A stretch of 53,114 nt of DNA from a candidate division WOR-3 bacterium (GTDB taxonomy: Bacteria > Hydrothermota > Tepidihabitantia > SM23-42 > JAOAFX01), in the NCBI GenBank assembly GCA_037444665.1, contig JBBILZ010000009.1, positions 1 to 53,114 of the forward strand. The letters are read 5' to 3'. The position numbers and the translations under genes were made by a program. Of this stretch, positions 9,608-19,930 are shown piece by piece. Below the pieces are notes generated by a model. The model saw only the letters and a list, made by a program, of their open reading frames with translations, searched no databases and was not told where the DNA came from. How positions within the stretch are numbered: the first letter of the stretch is position 1; each line of letters opens with the position of its first letter.

Positions 9608-11162
9608 TTTTATCTTCTCCTGTTGTGCTGGTAAATTTTAATGCATTTTCACATATTGCTCTGATATCCTCGTTCCGTTTACCTGCTCCTTTTTTCAGGA
9701 TTTCAATTGCTTTGCTGGAGTTCAATTTTGCCAATGCCTGGGCAGCGAGTTGTCGTTTGATAAGATATTTTTTCCCACTGAAGATTGCCCATTTAAAAAG
9801 TATCTGCTCTAAATGTCTGGTTATTCTGCTATCACGATTTGCAATCAGGCAGTTGAAATATGCCTTTTGTTCATTGTAATTCAATTTCAAAAAGGCACGT
9901 TTCTTTATTGTTTTAATCAGTCGTTGATATATGGGCGGGTACTTTATTCTCTCCAGTGCCTGGAGTGCTTTTATTCTTACTTCAGTCTGGACATCATTAA
10001 GGAAACCAGCAATCATTTTTGCCTCGCCCAATTCTGTTAAGGCATCAATTATAGCCATACGCACCTGATAAGCTGGATGTAGTATTAAATTTTCTAACAA
10101 GGGAATTACTGAACGGTTTTTTATGATGCCAAGAATTATAATTGCATTTGTCAGGGTCTGTAAATCTGATGATTTCAAAAAATCTATTAATGGGCTCGGG
10201 TCACCCTGGCAGATATATGCGAGTCTATTCTGCAATGCTGCTAATCGTTGCTGATTTTTTATATTTTTCAAGATACGCACAAAGTGCGCAACAGATTTTT
10301 TAGAGAAAAATCCAATCAGGGCGCTAAAATCGTTAAAGGATTGTTCATCAAGAATATCAGGCAATCCTGCAAAACTCATAACCAATGTTTCATTTTCTAT
10401 CCGGCTGATGAGATTGATATCATGATAGTTCCATAATTGGTTTACAATAAGACAGGCATTATTAAAATCATTGGTGCTGATGCTGAGTTCAAGCATCTCA
10501 ACAAGTGCATCAATAATTTCTTGAGACTGACTTTTTTTCAGTGCATCAATCAGGGTAGATATGACGATACCAATAGGTATCTGTTTTTCAACTTCTGTGA
10601 TTGCGGATTTTAACTGTCTCAGCTCTTCTGGTGTAATATCTACATTAATTTTATCAGTAAACTCAATTTTCTCTTTTAATAGGACACCCTTTACTGCTTC
10701 ATCATAATTTATTTCCATTTTTGGCATCTCAGGTATAGAATAAGTGAGTTTTTCTTCTTCTTCTTCAACTACATAAAAACTGATATGAGAGAGGTCACAC
10801 TCCCATAAATTTAATGCAATATCCTGTTCACGGTCAGTGCGACTGACAACCTCAATAAAGATCAACAGTTCATCGTCAGTGATGCCTTCGGAAAATCTGA
10901 TTTCTCTGATTCCATCACGGAACAATCTAAAAGCAATACTAATATCTTTTTCAGTCTCTTCATAAACAACATAGTTTTCATAGCGGATTGAAAATCTTTC
11001 AATCTGGAAGACAATCTGATAACTGGTTTTTAGATATTCTACAAGGTCCTGGTATAATTGGTTAAAGAAGTTTTTAAAAGAAGGATGGGTGGTCTGATAC
11101 ATCTGTGCCGCTTTGATACTTTTTATTAGTTCATTGGTAAGTTCGGTTATCTTTACTGGCAT
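9600..11162 (-). CDS. HEAT-repeat protein
   Basis: C-terminal HEAT-like repeats (VRMAIIDAL, VRIKALQAL); ATG 11162 lies 6 nt after a TATAAT; overlaps the HD-GYP gene. Confidence 0.75.
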   Translation of the reverse strand: MPVKITELTNELIKSIKAAQMYQTTHPSFKNFFNQLYQDLVEYLKTSYQIVFQIERFSIRYENYVVYEETEKDISIAFRLFRDGIREIRFSEGITDDELLIFIEVVSRTDREQDIALNLWECDLSHISFYVVEEEEEKLTYSIPEMPKMEINYDEAVKGVLLKEKIEFTDKINVDITPEELRQLKSAITEVEKQIPIGIVISTLIDALKKSQSQEIIDALVEMLELSISTNDFNNACLIVNQLWNYHDINLISRIENETLVMSFAGLPDILDEQSFNDFSALIGFFSKKSVAHFVRILKNIKNQQRLAALQNRLAYICQGDPSPLIDFLKSSDLQTLTNAIIILGIIKNRSVIPLLENLILHPAYQVRMAIIDALTELGEAKMIAGFLNDVQTEVRIKALQALERIKYPPIYQRLIKTIKKRAFLKLNYNEQKAYFNCLIANRDSRITRHLEQILFKWAIFSGKKYLIKRQLAAQALAKLNSSKAIEILKKGAGKRNEDIRAICENALKFTSTTGEDKNA

Positions 11163-11328
11163 CTTTGTATTATAATTAATTCTCACCTTCCTGTCAATGG
11201 CTGATGGTTTTTCTGGTTTCTCTCGTTTCTCTGGTCTGTTTAGTTCTTCTCCCTACTCCTTACTCCCTACTATCGAGTAATCCATTTCCTCTTGACTTAA
11301 TCTATATTCTGTGTATAATCCTGTAGTT

Positions 11329-12462
11329 ATGAAAAATCTCTATGATGCAGCAGTGATTGGAGGTGGTCCAATAGGCTCATATATAGCCCAAAAACTTTCA
11401 CAGAGTGGTTTTGAGGTCTGTGTTATTGAGCAAAAAGATTCAATTGGCGAAGCTGTTGTCTGCACCGGTCTAATAAGTAAAGAATCATTTCAGCGTTATG
11501 AACTGCCTGAAAAATCCATTTTGACTTGCATTAAATCATTCTCATTTATTTCACCAAAGAAGCAGGAATTGAAATATTTTCATCCTGATATATTAGCCTA
11601 TGTTGTTGACCGTTCCATATTTGACCGTGCATTAGCGAAAAAAGCCCAAACTGCAGGCGCCACATATTTTCTTGGTAAGTGCGTAAATTCAATTGAAGAA
11701 TCAAATAGGTGCTACAAAATTTCTGCCGATGGTAAATCCTGGGATGCTAAGTATGTAGTTATTGCCACCGGCGTGAATTATAGACTGCAAAATATGCTCG
11801 GCATGGGAAGACCACAGCGATTCCTCTATGGTTCGCAAATTGAATTACCTATTAATGGAGATGATACTAATATTGAAATCCATATCAGCCAGCAATATAT
11901 CCCTGGTTCATTTGCCTGGATTACACCCATCAATAAAAAAATGGCAAGGGTGGGAATGATTCTTGAAAAGAATGGAAGAGCATATTTGCGTAGATTTATA
12001 AAAAAAAGGCTGGGAATGAACAATTATACTGGTTTAGAACAAGGTATAGCAGTGAAACCCATTGCCTATGGTCCAATACCCAGAAGTGTGAAAGGAAAAA
12101 TAATCATCGTGGGTGAAGCAGCGGGCCAGGTAAAGACAACGACCGGTGGAGGAATCTTTATGGGGTTATTTTGTGCGGATATTGCCATAGAAAAATTGGT
12201 TAAGGCTTTTAAAAAGGGGGCTACTATTGATGATTACGATACGACCTGGCGTAGTGCTTTATCATCTGAATTAGAAATAGGCAAAAAAGTTCGCCAGGTA
12301 GCCTCACGCTTTAATGATAATATGATTGAGCGTTTATTCACCTTTGTGAAGAACAATCAACCCTGGGTAAGTTTTCTTACCCCACGAATCAATTTTGATT
12401 TCCATTCTGATCTTTTCTATTACTGTGTAAAGGCATTCACTTATTTGCTTAAAAACCCTTGA
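11329..12462 (+). CDS. Geranylgeranyl reductase-family FAD-dependent oxidoreductase
   Basis: VIGGGPIG, DRSIFD, FAWITP, VGEAAGQVKTTTGGGI. Confidence 0.85.
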   Translation: MKNLYDAAVIGGGPIGSYIAQKLSQSGFEVCVIEQKDSIGEAVVCTGLISKESFQRYELPEKSILTCIKSFSFISPKKQELKYFHPDILAYVVDRSIFDRALAKKAQTAGATYFLGKCVNSIEESNRCYKISADGKSWDAKYVVIATGVNYRLQNMLGMGRPQRFLYGSQIELPINGDDTNIEIHISQQYIPGSFAWITPINKKMARVGMILEKNGRAYLRRFIKKRLGMNNYTGLEQGIAVKPIAYGPIPRSVKGKIIIVGEAAGQVKTTTGGGIFMGLFCADIAIEKLVKAFKKGATIDDYDTTWRSALSSELEIGKKVRQVASRFNDNMIERLFTFVKNNQPWVSFLTPRINFDFHSDLFYYCVKAFTYLLKNP

Positions 12463-12494
12463 CATCCTGCTAATTTTACATATAATCATACACT

Positions 12495-12890
12495 ATGAAA
12501 AAACTTGCTAAAGATAATGATTTTATTGCTCGGATTCAAGAAATAAGCCGGCAAAGTATAACTGATTGTTATCAGTGTGGTCGTTGCACAGCAGGTTGCC
12601 CATTTGCTGAATATATGGATGAGCCGCCCAATCGGATTATCCGCTATATCCAGCTCGGTTTAAAAGATGATGTGCTTAAGGCACAGAGCCCCTGGTTTTG
12701 CGCAGCCTGCCTTGTATGTGAGACAAGATGCCCGCGCGGAGTTGATATACCAAGGATTATGGAAGCAGTGCGGACCATACATCTGCGTGCAAAAGAACAG
12801 CTCATTGATGTTGACCAGATAGATAAAGAATTGCTCCAGGATGCCCATCCACTTGTTTTAATGAGTGTTCTATACAAATACTCTTACTAA
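12495..12890 (+). CDS. Heterodisulfide reductase subunit C-like 2x[4Fe-4S] protein
   Basis: CYQCGRCTAGCP and CAACLVCETRCP. Confidence 0.88.
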   Translation: MKKLAKDNDFIARIQEISRQSITDCYQCGRCTAGCPFAEYMDEPPNRIIRYIQLGLKDDVLKAQSPWFCAACLVCETRCPRGVDIPRIMEAVRTIHLRAKEQLIDVDQIDKELLQDAHPLVLMSVLYKYSY

Positions 12891-12892
12891 CT

Positions 12893-13756
12893 ATGAAAGT
12901 ATCATATTATCCTGGTTGTGATCTTTATACAAAGGCAAAGGTGCTAAATGAATCAATAAAGGCATCGTTCAACGCCGTGGGTGTTGAATTGGAAGAGATG
13001 CCAAATTGGTATTGTTGTGGCACGACATTTACCCTGGCGCGAGACAACAAAATGTCTTTGATTGCTCCCTTGCGGATTCTGTCAAAAGCACAAAAAGAGA
13101 ATGGTGAAGTTCTTGTTCCCTGTTCAATATGCTACAATACTTTAAAAAGGGCAAACTACATTTTCAAGAATGACCCTGAAACATTAAATATAATAAATGA
13201 ACATCTGGGTGAAACATACGATGGTAATGAAAAGATTGTCCATCCATTTGAGTTTATAAAAGAACACCCGGAACAATTCAAAAAAGGGGTGAAGAAGAAT
13301 CTTGGCGGTTTGAAACTTGGATGCTATTATGGCTGTTATCTGTTAAGGCCTAAAAAAGAATTGCAGTTTGATGACCCGGAATCACCTACCATTATTGAGG
13401 ATTTTGTCAATATGATGGGTGCTACGCCAATAAGTTTTCCTTTAAAGGTTGAATGTTGTGGTTCCTATCTCATTATCAACTCTCCTGAAGCAGCATTGGA
13501 AACATCATTCCGGATTTTAAAGAATGCCCGCGAAAATGGCGCAGAAGCGCTTTTAACTTCCTGCCCTTTATGTCATTATAATCTTGATAATTTCCAGTCC
13601 CGAATTTCTGCGATGCATCCTGAGCATAAGCCTCTCCCGGTCTTCTATTTTAGCCAGGTAATGGCGATTGCTTTTGGCTTACCAGTAGAAACCTGGGGAT
13701 TGGAATACAATAAAGTAACACCAACAAATTTACTAAAGGAACATAATCTATTATGA
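12893..13756 (+). CDS. Heterodisulfide reductase subunit B-like CCG-domain protein
   Basis: YYPGC, WYCCG, YYGC, ECCG, SCPLCHYNLD. Confidence 0.9.
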   Translation: MKVSYYPGCDLYTKAKVLNESIKASFNAVGVELEEMPNWYCCGTTFTLARDNKMSLIAPLRILSKAQKENGEVLVPCSICYNTLKRANYIFKNDPETLNIINEHLGETYDGNEKIVHPFEFIKEHPEQFKKGVKKNLGGLKLGCYYGCYLLRPKKELQFDDPESPTIIEDFVNMMGATPISFPLKVECCGSYLIINSPEAALETSFRILKNARENGAEALLTSCPLCHYNLDNFQSRISAMHPEHKPLPVFYFSQVMAIAFGLPVETWGLEYNKVTPTNLLKEHNLL

Positions 13757-14046
13757 AAAATTACGAAGCAATGTTTATTTTTCATCCTGACCTTAAGGAT
13801 GAACAACTGGAAAAAGAAGCCAGCACCTTAGAAAAGATTATTAAAACGAGCGGTGCTGGTGCTGTTAAATATCAGCTCATTGGGAAAAAAGTCCTTGCCT
13901 ATCCCATTGCCAAGCAGAGAGAAGGTTTCTATGTCAATTACGAGTTCAGCATCCCACCGGCAGGGATTGTTCAAATAAAGGGTAAATTAAAACACCATGG
14001 TAATATATTGAGATTTATGATTATCTCAAAGGAGAAGAAAAGATGA
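13753..14046 (+). CDS. rpsF: 30S ribosomal protein S6
   Basis: YEAMFIFHPDL, GKKVLAYPI..REGFY, ILRFMI; operon order. Confidence 0.92.
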   Translation: MKNYEAMFIFHPDLKDEQLEKEASTLEKIIKTSGAGAVKYQLIGKKVLAYPIAKQREGFYVNYEFSIPPAGIVQIKGKLKHHGNILRFMIISKEKKR

Positions 14047-14474
14047 GCCAATTACGCTTGGGCTATCTCAATGTTGTGCATATTATTGGTCGCCTTGTTG
14101 CTGACCCGGAATTGCGTTATACACAGAAAGGTGCTCCTGTATGTTCGTTCCGAATCGCAACGACCAGGCGCTTCAAAAATCGTGAATCCGGGGAGACTCA
14201 GGAAGAGACCCTATTTGTAACTGTTGTTGCCTGGCGTCGGCAGGCAGAATTAGTGAACGATTTTCTAAAAAAGGGTAGCGCAGTCTTAATAGAGGGGAGG
14301 TTAAGGTCGCGGCAATGGGAGACTGAAAACAAAGAAAAACGTTCGGTAATTGAAGTGGTTGCGCACAGGATTCAGTTTCTGGATATACCTGAATCTTCTG
14401 CTGAGCCTACTGGTGATGATGCAATAGAAGCAGAAACTGAAGTAAAAGAAGAAAATGTTGATACCCCATTTTAA
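14043..14474 (+). CDS. ssb: Single-stranded DNA-binding protein
   Basis: GRLVADPELRYT, IEGRLRSRQW, acidic tail ending DTPF. Confidence 0.97.
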   Translation: MSQLRLGYLNVVHIIGRLVADPELRYTQKGAPVCSFRIATTRRFKNRESGETQEETLFVTVVAWRRQAELVNDFLKKGSAVLIEGRLRSRQWETENKEKRSVIEVVAHRIQFLDIPESSAEPTGDDAIEAETEVKEENVDTPF

Positions 14475-14492
14475 TTCATTAAGGAGTTGACC

Positions 14493-14696
14493 ATGGCAAA
14501 AAAGTGTCGTTTATGTGAGACTAAAGTAAAGTATCTTGATTATAAGGATACCGCATTACTGAAGGGATTTATTAATGAACGCGGTAAGATATTACCAGCA
14601 AGATTGACTGGATTATGTACATTACACCAGCGAAAACTCGCCCAGGCAATAAAGCGCGCCCGGGAGATTGCACTCCTACCTTATGAAATAAAGTAA
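14493..14696 (+). CDS. rpsR: 30S ribosomal protein S18 (zinc-binding C+ form)
   Basis: [32 protein letters not shown]. Confidence 0.97.
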   Translation: MAKKCRLCETKVKYLDYKDTALLKGFINERGKILPARLTGLCTLHQRKLAQAIKRAREIALLPYEIK

Positions 14697-14697
14697 T

Positions 14698-15153
14698 ATG
14701 AAGGTTATTATCACAAAAAATATTGAAAAATTGGGAAAACCAGGTGAGATCGTAGAGGTAAAGGATGGGTTTGCCAGAAATTTTCTTTTTCCGAATAAAT
14801 TGGCAATACCTGCTACACCGGCAAATATAAAAGGATTGGAGAAGACCCAGAAACACTTTTCTCAAGGTGTTGAGAAGATTAGGAAGATGAGTGAGCAGAT
14901 TGCTGAAAAACTGAATGAACTCAGTGTCAAAACCAAAATTAAAATCGGTATTGATGGTAAATCTTTCGGTAGTATCAATGCTCAGGATATTGTTGAATTG
15001 TTGGCAAAAGAGAATATTGAAATTGATAAAAAACAGATTTTACTGGAAGAACCTATAAAACATCCTGGTATCTATGATATTACAGTGAGATTACCCCAGC
15101 AGGTCTCTGCCGTCTTTAAATTGGTGGTTATTGAGGAGGAGGAGAAATCTTAG
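14698..15153 (+). CDS. rplI: 50S ribosomal protein L9
   Basis: [25 protein letters not shown]. Confidence 0.97.
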   Translation: MKVIITKNIEKLGKPGEIVEVKDGFARNFLFPNKLAIPATPANIKGLEKTQKHFSQGVEKIRKMSEQIAEKLNELSVKTKIKIGIDGKSFGSINAQDIVELLAKENIEIDKKQILLEEPIKHPGIYDITVRLPQQVSAVFKLVVIEEEEKS

Positions 15154-15623
15154 AGGTTGTTGTAAAGGGTGTGGTTGAAGACCAGCAATTTCATACCTAT
15201 GTTGTTTTACTTAAGGAAAAATATGGTGAAAGAACATTGCCGATATGGATAGGCGATAACGAAGCAATGGCAATCGCGATGTGTCTGGAGGGGATAAAAC
15301 CTGCACGACCCCTTACGCACGATTTAATAAAGATATTGCTTGATGCCCTGGAAAGCAAAGTGATTAAAATTGTAATCAATGACTTAAAGAATGAAACATA
15401 CTTTGCCCAGATCTTTATTGATTCGGATGGGAAATTATTTGCCATTGATGCCCGACCTTCTGATTCCATTGCCCTTGCCTTGCGTGTTGATGCAACAATC
15501 TATGTTGAAGATAAGATAATGGATACGAATGGTCTGGTTTTAAAGGGTGACAGTGTAGAAGAAGAATTGAAAAATAAATTGCGCGGAACAAAACCAGAAG
15601 AATTTGGTAAATTCAAAATTTAA
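15147..15623 (+). CDS. Bifunctional nuclease family (DUF151) protein; start uncertain (ATC 15147 or GTG 15171)
   Basis: [26 protein letters not shown]. Confidence 0.9.
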   Translation: MLEVVVKGVVEDQQFHTYVVLLKEKYGERTLPIWIGDNEAMAIAMCLEGIKPARPLTHDLIKILLDALESKVIKIVINDLKNETYFAQIFIDSDGKLFAIDARPSDSIALALRVDATIYVEDKIMDTNGLVLKGDSVEEELKNKLRGTKPEEFGKFKI

Positions 15624-15651
15624 TAATTTATAAATATTCACCCCCATATCA

Positions 15652-16398
15652 ATGGAAAAACAGATTAGAGAGGTTAAAAAGAATTGGGAAGAGTTTGCAA
15701 AAAAAGACCCCTTATGGTCAATCTTACCGCTTCCTGAAAAAAAAGATAATCGCTGGAAAATAGAAGAATTATTTGAAACCGGAAAGAAAGAAATATGTTC
15801 GGTGATGGAATATATCAATAAATTGAATATAAATATAAAACACGAGCGGGCACTTGATTTTGGCTGTGGAATAGGCAGGCTAACCCAGGCGCTGTGCGCA
15901 TATTTTGATGAGTGTATTGGTATTGATATTTCTTTTCAGATGCTAAAGCTCGCGCAGCAAAATAACGGACATAAAGAACATTGCACATATATCCTGAATT
16001 GTGCATCAGACCTTAAAATTTTTAAAGATAATTCTTTTGATTTTATTTATTCCAATATCGTTTTTCAACATTTACCCCCGGAATTGACTCTAAAGTATAT
16101 TAAGGAATTTATCAGGATTTTAAAAAATAACGGAATTATTATTTTTCAGATTACCACCGGTATCATTGGTGTGCGTAACAAACTAAGAAGGATTTTGAAT
16201 TTTATGCTGCCCACCTTTGTGCGCCATTTTTATAAAAGCATGAGATATAAGACCTGGGCAATCAAAGATATGTATTGTATTAAAGAGCAGGTACTGGAGG
16301 ATGTTATCACCGCAAACCTGGGGAAAATTATTGATGTGATGGATGATGATTCATCGCTTCCCAGGTACAGGGGTAAGAGATACTGCATAACCAAATAA
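15652..16398 (+). CDS. Class I SAM-dependent methyltransferase
   Basis: ALDFGCGIGRL, GIDIS, FDFIYSNIVFQH. Confidence 0.9.
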   Translation: MEKQIREVKKNWEEFAKKDPLWSILPLPEKKDNRWKIEELFETGKKEICSVMEYINKLNINIKHERALDFGCGIGRLTQALCAYFDECIGIDISFQMLKLAQQNNGHKEHCTYILNCASDLKIFKDNSFDFIYSNIVFQHLPPELTLKYIKEFIRILKNNGIIIFQITTGIIGVRNKLRRILNFMLPTFVRHFYKSMRYKTWAIKDMYCIKEQVLEDVITANLGKIIDVMDDDSSLPRYRGKRYCITK

Positions 16399-16447
16399 TG
16401 AACAAAAATTTCATCTTTTTATAGTTGTTTCTTTTTGTCCCGGACTT

Positions 16448-16886
16448 GTAGTTGCCTCATTTATGAGGTTTTTTATTTTTGTTGAAAATTTTTTTGTCTT
16501 GTATTCTTTTTCTGACCATAGACTATGCCGTATAAAGTTAAAATACCAAAAGGGAATCAAGGGTTATCAGCATATCAGGGTATCAGATAGTGGATATTAG
16601 AATACCAGAATATCAGGGAACATAAGCAGCCACTCTGCCTGGTGGATAAATTTGAATACTTTTAAGTAGTCTGATATCCTGATGTTCTGATACCCTTCCC
16701 TCTGATATTCTGATAACCTGATATCCATATTTCACGGGCATAAAGCCCTACACTACATTTTCAGAAAAAGTATTTTTTATTAAACTTTCCTCCTTTTCCG
16801 CCCGATAAATCGGGCAACTACAATTATATGGATTGATGATTTCATCTCTGGTAGGGCGGACGACAAGTCAGAAAAGTGGAGAAGAC
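16448..16886. repeat. Composite intergenic repeat region: GTAG REPs (16448 +, 16800 -), inverted 8-mer ATATCAG arrays (16562-16617 / 16670-16726) and GACAAGTCAGAAAAGTGGAG motif
   Basis: Repeats read directly from the sequence. Confidence 0.8.
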
Positions 16887-16935
16887 TCAACAATACATAC
16901 CCTTGACTACAGTTTAAAATTGTTTATAATGGTCT

Positions 16936-17838
16936 GTGATAATCGATCCCATTGACCTGAAGATTCTAAGGCATCTTGAGGCACAGGGCTATATTCCTCT
17001 TGACGATATTATTAATAAATTTCATATTACCCGTGATGAGATATTCCTGCGCATAAAGAATTTTGAAGAACACGGTTTGGTAAAAGGTTATGGGATAAAA
17101 CTGTTTATACCTTCAATTGCTGGAGGCAAATGGTATCGTGGTTGTGCCTTTGTAGATGCCGATTATGAGCCTGATGTAAAGAATGTCTATCCACTTGTTG
17201 AAGAAGTAATTGCAAATACTGTGCTACCTGCAGGAGTATTACCTGCCTACTCTTATATATTTTACAGTCGTGATTTAAAACAAACTTATCGTCTGATTAT
17301 GAAAACAAAGGGCGTGAAGTATGTTGAACTTTATAAAATTGCTGAGTATGATATATCATTACCACACGAATTAACATCAGAAGAATGGCAGATAATTAAT
17401 CAACTGGTTCGTTCAAAGATTAATTTTGAAAGAATATACCAGATACTTGATAATCCAATAAATGATGAAGATGTCCAATTATCCCGTTTGATGTTGAATC
17501 GTAAAAATCTGCGTGGTGTTTTCTCAGTCTTTCCCAACATTGACTGGAGTATTGTGAAAAACTTTGCTCATATTCACTTTGCCGTAATTGCAAGGATAAG
17601 ACCCAATGAATTGAAAAAATTTTTAAGACATTATAATATTGCTGCGGATATCTATAGTAAATTTAAAAAGAAGTTTTTGCAATTAGAATTTGACCTGTGG
17701 GGATTCAGTGATTTGAACAAGTTTGTAAGTAAATTGAGAAAGGAACCGCGCATTAATGTTCTGGGTATTTCAATTGCACATCATAATGAGATCTGTGATG
17801 AATGGATTAAAAATTTCATAAGAGAAAAGGCGCATTGA
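16936..17838 (+). CDS. Hypothetical protein with an N-terminal AsnC/Lrp-like winged HTH
   Basis: IDPIDLKILRHLE...RIKNFEEHGLVKGY resembles the Lrp HTH. Confidence 0.65.
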   Translation: MIIDPIDLKILRHLEAQGYIPLDDIINKFHITRDEIFLRIKNFEEHGLVKGYGIKLFIPSIAGGKWYRGCAFVDADYEPDVKNVYPLVEEVIANTVLPAGVLPAYSYIFYSRDLKQTYRLIMKTKGVKYVELYKIAEYDISLPHELTSEEWQIINQLVRSKINFERIYQILDNPINDEDVQLSRLMLNRKNLRGVFSVFPNIDWSIVKNFAHIHFAVIARIRPNELKKFLRHYNIAADIYSKFKKKFLQLEFDLWGFSDLNKFVSKLRKEPRINVLGISIAHHNEICDEWIKNFIREKAH

Positions 17839-17841
17839 ATT

Positions 17842-19053
17842 ATGAAAAGACTTCTTTTAATATTACTCAGCGTTTCTATTGCCCTTTCTTTTTTAAACTC
17901 TTGCACGAGGAAAAAAGAGGTTTCAAAACAACCTGCTCCTGTATACACGGAGATAAAAAAAACATTAAATAAAAATGAAAATTTAGGCAACGCAATAAAA
18001 GCTCTTTTTTCTGATACCAAATTGAGCGAGGCAATATTAAGATTATTGCAAAAAAATTCCTTTCCTTTTCGGCGATGCTTACCTGGTGATTCATTGATAG
18101 TGCTAAAAGAAAATGGTAAATTCAAAAAATTCACATATTTCCAAAATCCGCTCGTAGTTTATTATGTCATAAATAATGGTGATGTTATGAGCCTGGCAAT
18201 GAAATATCCATATATCAGCACAATAAAAACTATTTTAAGTGGGAGTATAAATTCTACGCTTTACGAATCAATGTTGAAAAGGGGAGAGACGCCAATGCTC
18301 GTTTATAAATTTGCTGATATCTTTGCATGGGAAATTGATTTTACAACCGAAACACAGAATGGCGATTCATTTGTGCTCATTTTTGATAAAGTATTTTGTG
18401 ATTCACAATTTATTGATTATTCAAACATAGTTGCGGTCCATTATAAAGGCCAGGTGGGCGATTATTATGGTTTTTACTATTGTGACCCTGGTGGCTATGA
18501 TGACTATTATAATCGCAAAGGCGAATCTTTAAGAAAGGCATTACTAAAATCACCGCTAAAATATAGTTCAATAAGTTCCTATTTTTCTAAGCGGCGCTAT
18601 CACCCGATATTAAAGGTCTGGCGTCCACACCATGGATTAGATTATTCCGCACCTGTTGGTACCCCAGTCTCATCAATTGGTGATGGAGTTGTTAGTTTTA
18701 AGGGGTGGAAGGGTGGATATGGAAATCTGGTGGAAATAAGGCATAAAAATAATTTTAAAACGAGATATGGCCACTTATCTAAATTTGCTAAAGGACTTTA
18801 TCAGGGTAAACATGTGAAGATGGGCGAACTGATTGGCTATGTTGGCTCTACTGGTCTATCAACAGGTCCCCATCTCCATTTTGAATTGCATAAGAATGGT
18901 GTGCCAATAAATCCTTTGACCGTGAAATTACCAAGGGCACCATCAGTCAAAAGGGAATACTTTAAAGATTTTGAGCAGAAGCGCGACTCATTGCTCGTTC
19001 TGCTTTCAAATAACCAACTTGAGACCAAAGATGAAAATGGAAAAAAGAACTAA
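17842..19053 (+). CDS. M23-family peptidoglycan DD-endopeptidase (MepM-like), possible lipoprotein
   Basis: HHGLDY, YGHL, STGPHLHFE; signal peptide ending LNSC. Confidence 0.92.
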   Translation: MKRLLLILLSVSIALSFLNSCTRKKEVSKQPAPVYTEIKKTLNKNENLGNAIKALFSDTKLSEAILRLLQKNSFPFRRCLPGDSLIVLKENGKFKKFTYFQNPLVVYYVINNGDVMSLAMKYPYISTIKTILSGSINSTLYESMLKRGETPMLVYKFADIFAWEIDFTTETQNGDSFVLIFDKVFCDSQFIDYSNIVAVHYKGQVGDYYGFYYCDPGGYDDYYNRKGESLRKALLKSPLKYSSISSYFSKRRYHPILKVWRPHHGLDYSAPVGTPVSSIGDGVVSFKGWKGGYGNLVEIRHKNNFKTRYGHLSKFAKGLYQGKHVKMGELIGYVGSTGLSTGPHLHFELHKNGVPINPLTVKLPRAPSVKREYFKDFEQKRDSLLVLLSNNQLETKDENGKKN

Positions 19054-19157
19054 AAGATTTAAACTACTGGTGAGCCAATGTAGCCTTATGATTAATCATT
19101 ATTTTAGGTATTTAGGAATTTAGGTGTTTAGGAATTTTATGTATCCAGGGAGGTGAT

Positions 19158-19871
19158 ATGCCCATACATTTAAGAGCAAACAAAGGTGATTATGGAGAGA
19201 CTGTGCTGGTCGTTGGTGACCCGGGAAGGGCAGAACTCATTGGAAAAAAATTAAACAATGCTAAATTAGTAAACTCAAACCGTGGCCTCTTAGGCTATAC
19301 TGGCTTTTATAAAGGGAAGAGAATCTCTGTCCAGACAACGGGTATGGGTTGCCCTTCAGCCGCAATTGTCACTGAAGAATTGATACAACTTGAAGTAAAG
19401 AGAATAATCCGCATCGGTACTTGTGGAGGTATTGCTAAACATATCAATTCCCTTGACCTCATCTGTGCGATTACTTCGGCACCTTATGATGGAACAACTT
19501 ATTCATATCTCAAAGGAGAGCCCGTAGCGCCCTATGCCACATTCAACATCTTAAAGACTGCAGACAATATTGCTCAGAAAATGGGGTTAAAACTCCATTT
19601 TGGAGGTATTGCCAGTGTTGATGTTTTTTATAGCCCTGACCCGGAATATGTGCCCAAACTTCAGAAAAAAGGTATTCTCGCCGTAGAGATGGAGACCAGT
19701 TTGATTTACTATCTTTGCAATCGCAGCAATCTTGAAACTGCATCTTTTCTGCTCGTTTCAGATGTGGTGGGCAGGGGTGAGGAATTCACAAAATTTGTCA
19801 CGGATGAAGAATTACGGACAGGTATGGATAGGTTGATTGAGCTCGTGCTTGAGGTATGTCTATTTTTGTAG
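19158..19871 (+). CDS. deoD: Purine nucleoside phosphorylase, DeoD-type
   Basis: GDPGRA, GMGCPSAAI, RIGTCG, AVEMET. Confidence 0.85.
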   Translation: MPIHLRANKGDYGETVLVVGDPGRAELIGKKLNNAKLVNSNRGLLGYTGFYKGKRISVQTTGMGCPSAAIVTEELIQLEVKRIIRIGTCGGIAKHINSLDLICAITSAPYDGTTYSYLKGEPVAPYATFNILKTADNIAQKMGLKLHFGGIASVDVFYSPDPEYVPKLQKKGILAVEMETSLIYYLCNRSNLETASFLLVSDVVGRGEEFTKFVTDEELRTGMDRLIELVLEVCLFL

Positions 19872-19930
19872 CGGTCCTATGTATGAGGTTAAAATATAAG
19901 GAGAGGAAGAGAGGATAATAGGAGGTAGAA

